Shown here: one piece after another, positions 20,854 through 31,407 of the stretch
How the letters are laid out: each line of letters opens with the position of its first letter
Position numbering within the stretch: position 1 is the stretch's first letter
Source: an uncultured Acidobacteriota bacterium
GTDB taxonomy: Bacteria > Actinomycetota > Acidimicrobiia > Spongiisociales > ZC4RG35
NCBI GenBank assembly: GCA_963778755.1
Contig: CAVZVJ010000004.1
Span: forward strand, 18,836-82,835
Direction of reading: 5' to 3'
Length of the DNA stretch: 64,000 bases
The notes under the pieces: model-generated
Seen by the model: the letters and a program-made list of their open reading frames with translations, nothing else
Database searches by the model: none
What the model was told of the DNA's origin: nothing
Program-made: the position numbers and the translations under genes

Positions 20854-21098
20854 GTCGACCTGCCTCGCCTCGCCGAGGCCCCGTGTTGGCCCAGTCCCAT
20901 GGCTTGTCGAGCAAGCTGGACAGGTGCTGTCGAGGAGGCAACCATCGGATACCTCAATCCGAAACCGATACGCCTACATGATCCGACTCATTGCCCTTAG
21001 TAGCCAGAGGCGAAGGTCATAGTGGGAAGGTTCTTTCGAACGCTCCTAACCGGTCCTCGGTTGCGAGGCGTCACCCGTCCTAAGCACCGGCTCTTCTC

Positions 21099-21443
21099 TC
21101 AGCTCTTGGAGCGGTTGCGGAAGATCGAGCGGATCACCAGCAGAGCAACGATCGCCACCATCTGACCGGTGACGATGACCTTGGTGAGGTCGGGCGCCGG
21201 AACCCAGGTGACCTCGTCACCCTTGATCCGATAGGCGCCCACCGGCCGTGCCGATATCCCCATGCCAACTCCCCGGCCGCCAGGAGTGTTCTCGGTCGGG
21301 TCGCCCTCTCCACCTCCGCCTCCGCCGCGTACGGCCGCCGCAGGGATGAAGGTCACGCCATTCTGTTGGTAAGGCTCGCCGTAGACCCGCTTTACGGTGA
21401 TGGCGTCCTGAGCATCGGTGAGGATCTCGTCGAATGCTTTCAT
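21099..21443 (-). CDS. GerW/YtfJ-family protein
   Basis: Reads MKAFDEILTDAQDAITVKRVYGEPYQQNGVTFIPAAAVRGGGGGGEG, with a C-terminal TM. ATG 21443 was chosen over 21464 because a GA-rich RBS lies upstream. Confidence 0.65.
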   Translation of the reverse strand: MKAFDEILTDAQDAITVKRVYGEPYQQNGVTFIPAAAVRGGGGGGEGDPTENTPGGRGVGMGISARPVGAYRIKGDEVTWVPAPDLTKVIVTGQMVAIVALLVIRSIFRNRSKS

Positions 21444-21566
21444 GATTGGCCCTTTCTCGTCCAACGATCCTTGTTACCCAACATCAGTCGTCATCGATCG
21501 AGACGGATAGGGGCGGAGGTCACTTTCCACCCTTAGCCCAGAAGCTGGGGGATCTCCAGTTGTTAG

Positions 21567-21815
21567 CTACTGCTGGTATCCCTCAACGATCTCTTCGTCC
21601 CGAACCTTTGCCTGGTTGGGATCGGTGCCGAACTCACGAAGAGCTCGTCGCTGGTTGAGCAGATCCCAACATTGATCAAGCTGAATCTCGATCTCCTCCA
21701 TCCGGCGCATTCCCGGCGCGTCGAGAGGTCTCCTTCCGTGGCGCTCTCTGAGGTTCCGCTCCTCCTCGACAAGCTCCCCGATGTGGGACAGAATCTGTGG
21801 ACTCGACATCGTCAT
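21567..21815 (-). CDS. DUF2630 family protein
   Basis: ILSHIGELVEEERNLRE...QLDQCWDLLNQRRALREFG...VEGYQQ matches my memory of this small actinobacterial family. Confidence 0.75.
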   Translation of the reverse strand: MTMSSPQILSHIGELVEEERNLRERHGRRPLDAPGMRRMEEIEIQLDQCWDLLNQRRALREFGTDPNQAKVRDEEIVEGYQQ

Positions 21816-21981
21816 CCGGCCTCCTCATCTGAGAGGGGATCGTACCGAGGCGGTGGGATATCAGACCGAAATAGCGCTCTCCGCTAGCGATGGCCCTGTG
21901 GTCGGCGTTGAAGTACCCCAACCTGCACCGTTTCCAAATCCGATTGGGGGGAAAAAACCAACTTCGTTATTGCATTGCCTA

Positions 21982-22374
21982 ATGTGCGTTATGGAATACA
22001 ATAACAGTGTGAGCTACTTGAACGGCGCCAGACTCCGACAGATGCGTGACCTAAAACGACTGTCGTTGAGCGATGTCTCAGCACGGACAGGGGTCAGCAG
22101 AGCTCAACTTTGTTTGATTGAGAATGGCAAGGCGGACCCTCGAATTTCGACTGTGGTGAAGATCCTCTCTTGTTATGGCAGCGGCCTTGCAGATCTTGAG
22201 CCGAGTCCGATCGATGTCGTATCCGTGGCCGAGATTCTCTCTCGAGCGGAACGTGGAGCTCAATTGCTCGAGTCTGTAGGACTAGGTCCCTCGGATGCAC
22301 TAGGAAGGCTCGACTGGAAGGAACAGCGCCAGGATGTTGGTCGAGAACGCGCGGCGCTGGCAACCAGGAGTTGA
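21982..22374 (+). CDS. XRE-family helix-turn-helix protein (putative antitoxin or regulator)
   Basis: The HTH is LRQMRDLKRLSLSDVSARTGVSRAQLCLIENGKADPRISTVVKIL. ATG 21982 or 21991 lies in an AT-rich leader, and the upstream part of listed ORF 21781.. overlaps the DUF2630 start. Confidence 0.7.
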   Translation: MCVMEYNNSVSYLNGARLRQMRDLKRLSLSDVSARTGVSRAQLCLIENGKADPRISTVVKILSCYGSGLADLEPSPIDVVSVAEILSRAERGAQLLESVGLGPSDALGRLDWKEQRQDVGRERAALATRS

Positions 22375-22979
22375 GACAGCTCGAGAAAGCGCGTTCGGCG
22401 CTCGACGCGGCACAGTCGGAACACGAGAACGCCATCCTTCGCAGTCTCTGGTTGGCGAAAGCGGCGGACTACGGAATCAAAGGGCGGGCCGTCCTGGTTG
22501 GGGGAGTAGCGGTGAACCTGCACACAGGTTCATACCGGCCTACCGACGTTGACATGTGCGCCTTTCTCGACGCCACCGATCGTCAAGCGTTGGTCGAGCT
22601 TGGGTTCATCAACTCACAGGGCGACCACTTCGAGTACCAATTCGAGGACGGAGAACTGTGGCTGCTGGAGTTTCCGGACTCGCAAGTGGACGGCGATACA
22701 GAGTTGATCGATTTGAGCTCGGAGGATCAGCTCACCGTGATACGAAAGGAATCCCTCGTCGTTGACCGGCTCCTACAGGCGACCGACGGTTCGAGGATTA
22801 CGTTTGAAGAGGCGGTGAGACTTTGCGTGGTGGTTTACGCGAGCGCCAACTGGCCATGGGTCGAGTCGGAGATTGACAGGCGGGATTCACTTGAACCGGG
22901 GCTCCATCTGCCCGCCACACTCGCCCGTGTAATGGAGGAGGTCCGTACGCGCCTCGAACGTGGGCATGAGGTCGGTTGA
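22371..22979 (+). CDS. nucleotidyltransferase-fold protein (AbiEii/DUF-type minimal NTase-like; putative toxin partner)
   Basis: The TTG start overlaps the stop of the HTH gene (TTGA). LVGGVAVNLHTGSYRPTDVDMC resembles the GG...R.T.D.D signature of minimal nucleotidyltransferases. Confidence 0.5.
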   Translation: MRQLEKARSALDAAQSEHENAILRSLWLAKAADYGIKGRAVLVGGVAVNLHTGSYRPTDVDMCAFLDATDRQALVELGFINSQGDHFEYQFEDGELWLLEFPDSQVDGDTELIDLSSEDQLTVIRKESLVVDRLLQATDGSRITFEEAVRLCVVVYASANWPWVESEIDRRDSLEPGLHLPATLARVMEEVRTRLERGHEVG

Positions 22980-23037
22980 ATCGACCCCCACCTGTCCTAT
23001 TTCTAGTGCCGGAGGCGGCAGTGTCGAAGGTCAAGCC

Positions 23038-23211
23038 TCAGTTGGTGATCAGGTCTGCTCGGCGGCTTGAGGTCGCCAATCCACGATCCGTCGTGATGAT
23101 CGCCGTGTCGAGTTGGCTGGCCAATTCGACGTAGAGAGCGTCAACCAATCGAAGATTCTCTCGTCGGCGCCATGCTCCCTGGAGCAACGATTGAAGAAGG
23201 TGTCTGGTCAT
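23038..23211 (-). pseudogene. relic of a PIN-domain (VapC-like) toxin, C-terminal part only
   Basis: A 57-codon ORF below the track threshold reads MTRHLLQSLLQGAWRRRENLRLVDALYVELASQLDTAIITTDRGLATSSRRADLITN. The DALYVxLA...TxD pattern is the C-terminal half of PIN domains. No N-terminal Asp-containing part and no antitoxin gene are present. Confidence 0.35.
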
Positions 23212-23288
23212 CGGGGCGGAGGAGACGAGTTCGACTCGCTCGGTCGCCTGGACCAGAAACGTCCCAGCATCCCGATAGGTTGGCCAGC

Positions 23289-23540
23289 GTGAGACGCAGC
23301 AGAAAGTGCCCTGTCTGTGGTGAAGCCGGCGTACCCATGGTCTATGGATTCCCTAACCACCTTGACCTGGTCGGCGCTGAGCAGGACCTTCTGGTGCTCG
23401 GTGGGTGTGTGATCTACGGCGACGACCCGACTTGGTACTGCAAGTCGGACAAGATTTCCTGGGAAGGACCGGACCCGACCAAGGCAATCGAGGAGGCCGT
23501 GCTCAATGCCCAGATCCACGAGAACACGGCCAATTCCTAA
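23289..23540 (+). CDS. small zinc-ribbon protein (hypothetical)
   Basis: Lies in ORF 23172..23540. CPVCG...(~40 aa)...GGC...WYC suggests a Cys4 ribbon. The in-frame GTG 23289 was chosen, and the start is uncertain. Confidence 0.4.
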   Translation: MRRSRKCPVCGEAGVPMVYGFPNHLDLVGAEQDLLVLGGCVIYGDDPTWYCKSDKISWEGPDPTKAIEEAVLNAQIHENTANS

Positions 23541-23573
23541 GTCAGCAAAGTTCTTCAGTGCGCTCTGTTCGAC

Positions 23574-24455
23574 CTAGAGATCGGCCTTGGCCAACAGGTC
23601 GTCGAGGATGGTCGGGAGCGGTGTGGCGACCGGGGAGATGTGGCCTTCACCCTCGAGAAGGTGGAGGTCGGCACCGGGGATATGAGCAGCGAGCCATCGG
23701 GCGTGGGACGGTGGAACGATCCGATCCTGGTCACCGTGCCAGATCGAGATCGGCACTGCGATTTCTGAGAGTTCGAATCCCCATCGATTGACCGACGCGA
23801 TGAGGTCGTCAAGCCAACCGTCGACGGTCACACAACCGAGGTTCCAAGATCGGGCCAAAACGTCGCTGATCTCGCCGCGCAAAGCGACAAGGTCGGCCGG
23901 CCCGATCTCCCCCTCGAAAGAAGCCGCCACATCTTCAGCGGAGATCGTCCGCAACGGGCCTGCTTCGGCCTCCAACGCTGGTCGCAACGACTCGGCTCCA
24001 TCGAGCATCATCGCCAGCCAGTCGAGGTCCTCTTCGGTCATCCCTTCGATGTAGGCGGGCTCTTCGCTGTCATAGGGCATCAGCCCGGAGACGGTGCCGG
24101 CGGCAAGGCATTGTCCGGGATGCCCTCGAGCGCAGGCCAGTGCGGCGGGGCCGCCTCCAGACCAGCCCAGGGTCACATACCGTTCGGCACCGAGCACCTC
24201 GAGGAGGGCCGCAGAGTCCGAGGCGCAGTCAAAGACCGTGCGCCCAAGCAGCGGTGTGGAGCCGGGGTAGCCGGGTCGGGCGTAACAGATCAACCGGAGC
24301 CCCCTTTGCCGGGCGGCAAGATCCAGCGAAGGCCAAAAGACCGGCGCACTCGGAGACCCGAAATGGAAGAGGAGGGGCATGCCCCTTTCTGCTCCGCCAA
24401 TAAGTGCAGTCAGGGTTCCGTCGCCGACGCGGGCCGAGATGAAGCGAGCTTCCAT
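23574..24455 (-). CDS. alpha/beta hydrolase
   Basis: Reads MEARFISARVGDGTL..., with the nucleophile elbow LGWSGGG and then WHGDQDRIVP...GEGHIS. The upstream 47 codons of the listed ORF are Arg/Ser-rich and overlap the neighbouring gene. Confidence 0.8.
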   Translation of the reverse strand: MEARFISARVGDGTLTALIGGAERGMPLLFHFGSPSAPVFWPSLDLAARQRGLRLICYARPGYPGSTPLLGRTVFDCASDSAALLEVLGAERYVTLGWSGGGPAALACARGHPGQCLAAGTVSGLMPYDSEEPAYIEGMTEEDLDWLAMMLDGAESLRPALEAEAGPLRTISAEDVAASFEGEIGPADLVALRGEISDVLARSWNLGCVTVDGWLDDLIASVNRWGFELSEIAVPISIWHGDQDRIVPPSHARWLAAHIPGADLHLLEGEGHISPVATPLPTILDDLLAKADL

Positions 24456-24498
24456 CAAACCGGGAGACGGTACTCGTCGGCTTTCAGGCCGGGATCGG

Positions 24499-25737
24499 CT
24501 ACTCGCGGATCCAGATGGCCCGCTGTGCCGGGGCCATCGTTTCGTCGACAACGCCGAGGAGGTCGTCAACCAGAATGTCGACGTCGATCTCGTCACGGAT
24601 CAGGAGGGAGAAGCCGTCGATCACCTCAGGTGACGAGTAACTCGAGCGAGAGAAGCGCCGGTCGAGGAGGTCATGGAGGCGCAGACGCAGTGGGTTGAAC
24701 AGAGCGGCCACGACCAAGGTCGACACCGCGACCTGGATCTCACCTTTGAAGGCGAGGCTGCCGAGCAGAAAGACCCCGAGGATGTAGACGGCGCCGAGCA
24801 GGCCGGCGAGCAGTCCATAGGCGATGGTTCGGCTGATAAGCCGGTCGACGTCGTACAGGTGATAGCGGGTAATGGCTATGCCGGCCGTGATCGGGATCCC
24901 CAGGACGCCAGCCAGAGCCACTCCTGCCAGGAGCTGGAGCCCAAACGAAGAATCTGGGACCCACTGCTGGGCCGTGTAGAAGATGGCGAGCCCGACACCA
25001 GCCAGGATCGCCGACAGGGAGAGCCACTTGAGCTGGAGTCGCTCCACCCCCTGGGACCTGTGGAACCGGTAGACCATCGCCGCCGCCGGAGCGAGCAGAC
25101 TGAGCAAGAGCAGGATCCCGCCGACGATGATGAACGCCGTTGAGTCGGAGATCCCGGCCGCGGCGGCAATCCCGACCGGATTGTCGACCCGATACACGAT
25201 CTCTCCGGCCACCTCCTCGGTGAACTCGGGCTGGATCGTGGCCGTCACCACGATCAGGCCGGACACGGTGACCACAAGCCACCACACCCATCGCCAGCCA
25301 CGCGAAGGGACCTCCCCGTCGGGAAAGAACAGCAGAGGCAGGGCCACCAAGCAGAGGATCATCGGAAAGTAGACGGTCTGGCTGACCCAGGCGGCATACC
25401 CGATCCCAGACCACCCGTTGACCTTGGCCGCCTCGTAGTACGTCTCCGCCAACACCCAAAGCGCGGCAAGGAACCCGCCGACAGAGAAGATCCAGCCCAT
25501 GCGGTTGTTGGGAACCTTGAGGACGAGCATCAGACCGACGGTGGCGAAAGACAGCACGATCGAGAGGACTAGAGGTCCAGTCGGGTCGTCGCTCCCCATT
25601 CCGCCACTCATCAGGGCGACGATCGCCGATGCGACGAGGACCACCAACGTCGTCACCCAGCAGGTGAAGGCGATCAGCTTGCGGCGGCTGCTCTTCAACA
25701 TCAGAGCCCTCCGTGTCGTCTCGTACGGCAGCGCCAA
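24499..25737 (-). CDS. polytopic membrane protein resembling the sensor half of a histidine kinase, with no kinase domain
   Basis: Has about 10 hydrophobic helices and then a short soluble tail (LFNPLRLRLHDLLDRRF...), as seen at the N-terminus of actinobacterial sensor kinases. It lacks an H-box and an ATPase domain. Confidence 0.7.
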   Translation of the reverse strand: MALPYETTRRALMLKSSRRKLIAFTCWVTTLVVLVASAIVALMSGGMGSDDPTGPLVLSIVLSFATVGLMLVLKVPNNRMGWIFSVGGFLAALWVLAETYYEAAKVNGWSGIGYAAWVSQTVYFPMILCLVALPLLFFPDGEVPSRGWRWVWWLVVTVSGLIVVTATIQPEFTEEVAGEIVYRVDNPVGIAAAAGISDSTAFIIVGGILLLLSLLAPAAAMVYRFHRSQGVERLQLKWLSLSAILAGVGLAIFYTAQQWVPDSSFGLQLLAGVALAGVLGIPITAGIAITRYHLYDVDRLISRTIAYGLLAGLLGAVYILGVFLLGSLAFKGEIQVAVSTLVVAALFNPLRLRLHDLLDRRFSRSSYSSPEVIDGFSLLIRDEIDVDILVDDLLGVVDETMAPAQRAIWIRE

Positions 25738-25955
25738 TTCTGTCGGACAATCGTTACGGAGTCGTTACCGCAGCCTCCACCCCCCGAAAGGTCGGCTAGG
25801 CCTGCGGCGCCGAGTTTCGGCCCGTGAAACGGTCGTAGGCTTCGGGCGATGGCACAGCTCACGGTGGGGATTTACGCCCATGGATTCCAGTCGCTCAGTA
25901 GGAGGTGGATCCCTGAGGCGTTTCGACGCAGGGTGCCAATGATTGGAAAGGGGAT

Positions 25956-26918
25956 ATGGAGCACACCACCACCTTGGGGAGCAGCAACCTGAAGGTCCCG
26001 CGGCTCGGAGTTGGGGCCATGACCTGGGGTAACGCTCGGGGGTTGGCACGTCTGCACCCGGCCAAGACGGCCTACGGAGGCGCCCACGGCTACGACGAGG
26101 AGAAGAAGGCGTTGGAGGTGAGTCTCGAGGCGGGGGTGGACCTGTTCGATACCGCGGCCATGTACAGCGGCGGAGCGTCGGAGCGGCGTCTCGGCGAGTT
26201 GGCACAGGGCAGAGACGTCTTGATCGCCTCCAAGTTTCCAGCCGGGTTCAGGTTTCGGGTTGAGGGGTTTCCGAAGGAGCTCGAGGCGAGTCTCGCCAGG
26301 CTGAGACGATCGACCATCGATCTCTACCAGCATCACTTCCCTGCCCGTTCGATGTCGATCCCGAAGCTGATGGGGCAGTTGGCGGATGCGGTCGAGATAG
26401 GAAAGGTGAGGGCGGTCGGGGTCAGCAACTATTCGGCGGCCCAGATGCGCGAGGCCCATGCGGCGCTTGCCGAACGAGGCGTACCACTCGCATCGAATCA
26501 GGTCGAATACTCGCTCCTCCACCGACAGCCCGAAATGAATGGTGTTCTCGACGCCTGCCATGAGATCGGGGTCACCCTCATCGCCTACACGCCTCTTGCC
26601 GGGGGTCTGTTGACCGGGAAGTACTCGGCTCAGAATCGGCCAGGTGGGTTCTTCCGACGCGTGCTGCCCCGATATCGGCCTAAGTCACTTGATGCGATAC
26701 AGCCGGTAGTTCGTCTGCTGTCCGAGATCGGCGACCGGTATTCGAAAACGCCGAGCCAGGTGGCGCTGCGGTGGCTAATCGAGAACCCGGTCGTGATGCC
26801 AATCCCTGGCGCCAAGGACGGCAACCAAGCAAGAGGCAACGCCGGCGCATTGGCTTTCTCGTTGACCCCTGAAGAAGTCGACACTCTCAGTCAAGCAACC
26901 CTGGCGTGGAGGTCTTAG
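25956..26918 (+). CDS. aldo/keto reductase
   Basis: Reads LGSSNLKVPRLGVGAMTWG...DLFDTAAMYSGGASE...GVSNYS...IPGAK. Confidence 0.9.
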   Translation: MEHTTTLGSSNLKVPRLGVGAMTWGNARGLARLHPAKTAYGGAHGYDEEKKALEVSLEAGVDLFDTAAMYSGGASERRLGELAQGRDVLIASKFPAGFRFRVEGFPKELEASLARLRRSTIDLYQHHFPARSMSIPKLMGQLADAVEIGKVRAVGVSNYSAAQMREAHAALAERGVPLASNQVEYSLLHRQPEMNGVLDACHEIGVTLIAYTPLAGGLLTGKYSAQNRPGGFFRRVLPRYRPKSLDAIQPVVRLLSEIGDRYSKTPSQVALRWLIENPVVMPIPGAKDGNQARGNAGALAFSLTPEEVDTLSQATLAWRS

Positions 26919-27026
26919 CCAGCAATCCCGACCGCTCGCCCGCGGCGCGATCGAGCAGGATTCGAGAAGCGTTCCCACCAGGATCTCACCGTAGTGTCAG
27001 CTCGGAGACGTATTGGAGGTCGAAGA

Positions 27027-27473
27027 ATGACTGACACGAAGAAGACCGCTTCGGACGGTTTCTCGAAGGAGGAGCGTGCCGCTATGAAGGCTCGCGCCCA
27101 GGAATTGAAGGCGCAGGGCCGCAGCGGCGAAAAGCAAGCCGACAACGAGCGTGCCGTTCTCGATGCGATCACTGCGATGCCTTCTGCCGACCGCGCGTTC
27201 GCCGAACGCATCCACGCACTGGTCACTGCGAACGCGCCGCATCTTCAGTCCAAGACCTGGTACGGCATGCCCGCCTACGCGAACCCTGACGGGAAGCTGA
27301 TCTGCTTCTTCAAGGCGGCGTCGAAGTTCGATGGCCGCTATGCGATGTTGGGATTCGAAGACGCGGCCGCCCTTGACGACGGCCCGATGTGGCCGGTGGT
27401 TTTCGCCATCGTCGAATGGACCCCAGCGGTCGAGAAGAAGGTCGCCGCACTCGTAAAGGCCGCAGTCGCCTAA
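27027..27473 (+). CDS. DUF1801 / YdhG-like (iron-chaperone-like) protein
   Basis: ATG 27027 follows GGAGG. Reads AMPSADRAFAERIHALVTANAPHLQSKTWYGMPAYANPDGKLICFF. Confidence 0.75.
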   Translation: MTDTKKTASDGFSKEERAAMKARAQELKAQGRSGEKQADNERAVLDAITAMPSADRAFAERIHALVTANAPHLQSKTWYGMPAYANPDGKLICFFKAASKFDGRYAMLGFEDAAALDDGPMWPVVFAIVEWTPAVEKKVAALVKAAVA

Positions 27474-27533
27474 ACGTCGCTGCCAGGCCGCGCCGGCCAT
27501 TCTCCGAACGTGATTCTTCGTTAGCCTTCCGGG

Positions 27534-27851
27534 ATGGACGAAAAACGGAGGATGCCGAGTGTCAGGGACATCTGGAGACTGGTTCTCGCGATCATTGGTG
27601 TGGCCGCAGTCGTCCAGGAGCTCCGAAAGCCCAAGGATGAGAGGACGTGGCACGGAACGGTCGCCAATTTCGTGCCCTACGACTTCCGCATGCCCACAGT
27701 CGGACGGGTGCGCAGCACATACTGGAATCCCGAGGGTCCGATCGTCACGAGCAAAGTGTTCGGCGTCGGTTGGGCCCTCAATCTTGGAGCGTTGACCAAG
27801 ATGGTCGGCAACCGGGGCAGCAGCGAAGACCCGAGCCCGCAACCTTCCTAG
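27534..27851 (+). CDS. small membrane protein (DUF5808-like)
   Basis: Has the TM IWRLVLAIIGVAAVV and FGVGWALNLG near the C-terminus. The family call is weak. Confidence 0.5.
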   Translation: MDEKRRMPSVRDIWRLVLAIIGVAAVVQELRKPKDERTWHGTVANFVPYDFRMPTVGRVRSTYWNPEGPIVTSKVFGVGWALNLGALTKMVGNRGSSEDPSPQPS

Positions 27852-28086
27852 AGGATCCGACCGAGTTCGCCGGCATCCATCGAGTTGGTTCGGTGACCTT
27901 CTCCTCTACCTCCTTCCCTGACCTTTCGGTTGGAGTGAGCGAACGGTTGGGTCTGTGTCACCCGAACGGCCATGGTGTTCGTCTGTCTTGACGGTGACTT
28001 TCCGCCGCTACCAAGCCCAACGGCCGTGTCGTGGTATCGGTTAAGCCGTGCCTTTGGGCAGCCATGACACAGATAGGGGAGATCCG

Positions 28087-28944
28087 ATGAACACCATCGA
28101 GTTCAGCGGCATCGAGAAGCATTACGGAGCGGTCGCGGCCCTCGACGGGATCAACCTCACTGTCGGAGCGGGAATCACCGGGCTTCTCGGACCCAACGGC
28201 GCCGGAAAGACGACCCTCATGAAGGTGGTCGCCACCGTGCTTGCGCCCGACGCAGGCCATGTCTCGTTGCTGGGCGGCGATCCAGGACAACCCCACGAAC
28301 GGATGGAGATCCGCCGACGGCTCGGATATATGCCACAGGAACCCGGGTTCTACCGCAATTTCACCGTGTTCGACTTCGTCGAATACGTCGCAATCCTCAA
28401 ACAGATGACTGACCGTGAGCAGCGCTACGCCGAGGTCACGCGAGTCCTCGACATCGTCGAACTCGGAGACCAATCGCGTCGAAAGGTGAAGGCTCTGTCC
28501 GGTGGCATGCGTCGTCGCCTGGCGCTGGCCCAGGCGCTGCTGAATAACCCGGACTTGGTGGTGCTCGACGAGCCAACCGCCGGCCTCGACCCCGGACAAC
28601 GGCTTCGCTTTCGACAGGTGGTTTCCCAGCTCCCGAACGAGCCGATCGTGTTGCTTTCCACCCATCAGACCGAAGACATCGTCGCTCTCTGCGAACGTGT
28701 GATAGTTCTCGCAGAAGGCCGAATCCGATTCGATGGCGCCCCGTCCTCGCTGACCGCGTCCGCCAAAGGCCGAGCGTGGATTGACCCTGAGCAGGATGGG
28801 CGAGCGATGCTTTCGTGGCGGATGGGCGATGGGAGGTTCCGACACATCGGCGACCCTCCGCCGGGAGCAGTTCTCGCCGAACCGACCATCGACGACGCCT
28901 ATCTGTTGGTCGCTGGAAGCAGCGCACTCCAAGTGTCAGCATGA
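28087..28944 (+). CDS. ABC transporter ATP-binding protein
   Basis: Has Walker A (GPNGAGKTT), the signature LSGGMRRRL and Walker B (VVLDEPTAGLD). ATG 28087 follows AGGGGAG. Confidence 0.9.
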   Translation: MNTIEFSGIEKHYGAVAALDGINLTVGAGITGLLGPNGAGKTTLMKVVATVLAPDAGHVSLLGGDPGQPHERMEIRRRLGYMPQEPGFYRNFTVFDFVEYVAILKQMTDREQRYAEVTRVLDIVELGDQSRRKVKALSGGMRRRLALAQALLNNPDLVVLDEPTAGLDPGQRLRFRQVVSQLPNEPIVLLSTHQTEDIVALCERVIVLAEGRIRFDGAPSSLTASAKGRAWIDPEQDGRAMLSWRMGDGRFRHIGDPPPGAVLAEPTIDDAYLLVAGSSALQVSA

Positions 28945-29744
28945 TTGTCGATCGACCCACCACCAACTCTCCGTGGCCGGTAGTCCAATCCCTGGCCGGC
29001 TTCGACGGGAAGAAGTTGATCATGAGCACGTGGTTTCTCGCCGGGTGTGGCATCGCCGCTTTGGGTAGCGGGGTATTTGTCTCGGCGGCGATCGGAGACG
29101 ATTCGGCGTCCTGGGCTCAGGATGGATGGACGGCTCACGTGGGGTTCCTGCTTCTTGCCATCTTCTCGATGCTCGCGGTGAATACTGCAGGCCTCCGAGA
29201 CCGACGGAGCCGAACCGCCGATCAGCATGAGGCACTTCCGGTGAACGGAGCGACCCGGTTCGCCGGGCTTCTCGGCGCAACGGCGTGGCCTGCCGTGGTC
29301 TCCACGTCGCTCCTGGCGGTGGTCATCGCGTTTGCCGCGGTCAAGTTCGGAGTCCCGATCGGCCGTACCGCGGTCCAGCTGATCCACAACGGGATGCTGG
29401 TGATGATGCTCGGTGCCCTCGGTCTGGCTCTTGCAGCCTGGCTGCCCAACACCTTTGTGGCACCCGTCGTTGCGTTCGCCCTCTACACGATCCATCCAGG
29501 GGAGGCGCCGGCGGCCTGGCATGCGATATGGCCGTTTGCCGACATCGGCATCACCGGCCTGGCTGTCTGGCACGTCCTGTACCTGGCGGGCCTCACCCTG
29601 GTACTGGCCACGATTTCTCAGATGCGGTGGGGCGCACGCCGGTCGCAGGTCACATCCATGCTGGTTGGATGCCTCGTGGTGGCGATATCACTGTCGGTCA
29701 TCATCGGCCAGGTTTGCCCATCCGGCCAGGTTTGCCCCGTCTGA
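28941..29744 (+). CDS. ABC-2-type permease-like membrane protein
   Basis: The ATG overlaps the ATPase stop (ATGA). It has six or so hydrophobic helices. The C-terminus carries an 18-nt tandem duplication (GQVCPS/GQVCPV). Confidence 0.65.
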   Translation: MIVDRPTTNSPWPVVQSLAGFDGKKLIMSTWFLAGCGIAALGSGVFVSAAIGDDSASWAQDGWTAHVGFLLLAIFSMLAVNTAGLRDRRSRTADQHEALPVNGATRFAGLLGATAWPAVVSTSLLAVVIAFAAVKFGVPIGRTAVQLIHNGMLVMMLGALGLALAAWLPNTFVAPVVAFALYTIHPGEAPAAWHAIWPFADIGITGLAVWHVLYLAGLTLVLATISQMRWGARRSQVTSMLVGCLVVAISLSVIIGQVCPSGQVCPV

Positions 29745-30367
29745 TGTCGGCCGACGGTCTTCGGCACACGGCTCGTGCCATTGGATGGGTCCCGACGCTC
29801 ATCGCCATCCTGCTTTCCTCGGTGGTAGTCGCGATCCGACCGGAGCCCGATGACGTCTTTCCACTTCAGCTGAGCGCCATCCTCCTCTCGACCGCGGCCG
29901 CGTTCGCTCTCGACGACCCAGCCTTTGAGGTCCTGGCCGCCTCGCCGACCTCACTCCTACGGCGACGGTTCACACGAATCGCAGTCGTGCTACTACCCAT
30001 CTTGTTGGTGTGGACCACCCAGGTCCTGGCGCACGGGACCACCGATTGGGATGAAACCCTGACCCTTATCGCCATGTTCGGAGGACTGCTCGGGCTGAGT
30101 TTCGGGATCAGTGGAGTCGCAGGGCGAAGATCATCGGGCCACGGCGGTCCAACGGCTGCTCCAACAGTGCTGATCCTGATCGTGGTCTCCACGCTCATCG
30201 ACCCCCGCTGGCGTCCCCTGCCCTTCGGTGACATCCCCGGCGGGTGGACCGCGCTCCAAACGCGATGGGCGATCGCCGCTGCGGCGGGAGCTCTATTCCT
30301 GGTCGCCTCCTCCCACGATCCCGCTCGGCAGGGTCAAAGGGTCGTACGCCTCGATCGCGCCGCTTAG
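29744..30367 (+). CDS. membrane protein (second membrane component of the ABC locus)
   Basis: The ATG shares a base with the upstream TGA (TGATG). It has multiple hydrophobic helices and no recognised family. Confidence 0.55.
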   Translation: MSADGLRHTARAIGWVPTLIAILLSSVVVAIRPEPDDVFPLQLSAILLSTAAAFALDDPAFEVLAASPTSLLRRRFTRIAVVLLPILLVWTTQVLAHGTTDWDETLTLIAMFGGLLGLSFGISGVAGRRSSGHGGPTAAPTVLILIVVSTLIDPRWRPLPFGDIPGGWTALQTRWAIAAAAGALFLVASSHDPARQGQRVVRLDRAA

Positions 30368-30368
30368 A

Positions 30369-31400
<1,032 letters not shown>

Positions 31401-31407
31401 TCACAAC

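Noticed and set aside
23208-23519. 103-aa minus-strand ORF overlapping the zinc-ribbon ORF
   Set aside because: No motif or RBS. The plus-strand Cys4 reading and the separate PIN-relic frame explain the region better. Neither small call is strong.
29706-29741. 18-nt perfect-like tandem duplication (GQVCPS/GQVCPV) at the 3' end of the permease gene
   Set aside because: It is real in the sequence, but it is a single small in-frame duplication with no evident functional implication.
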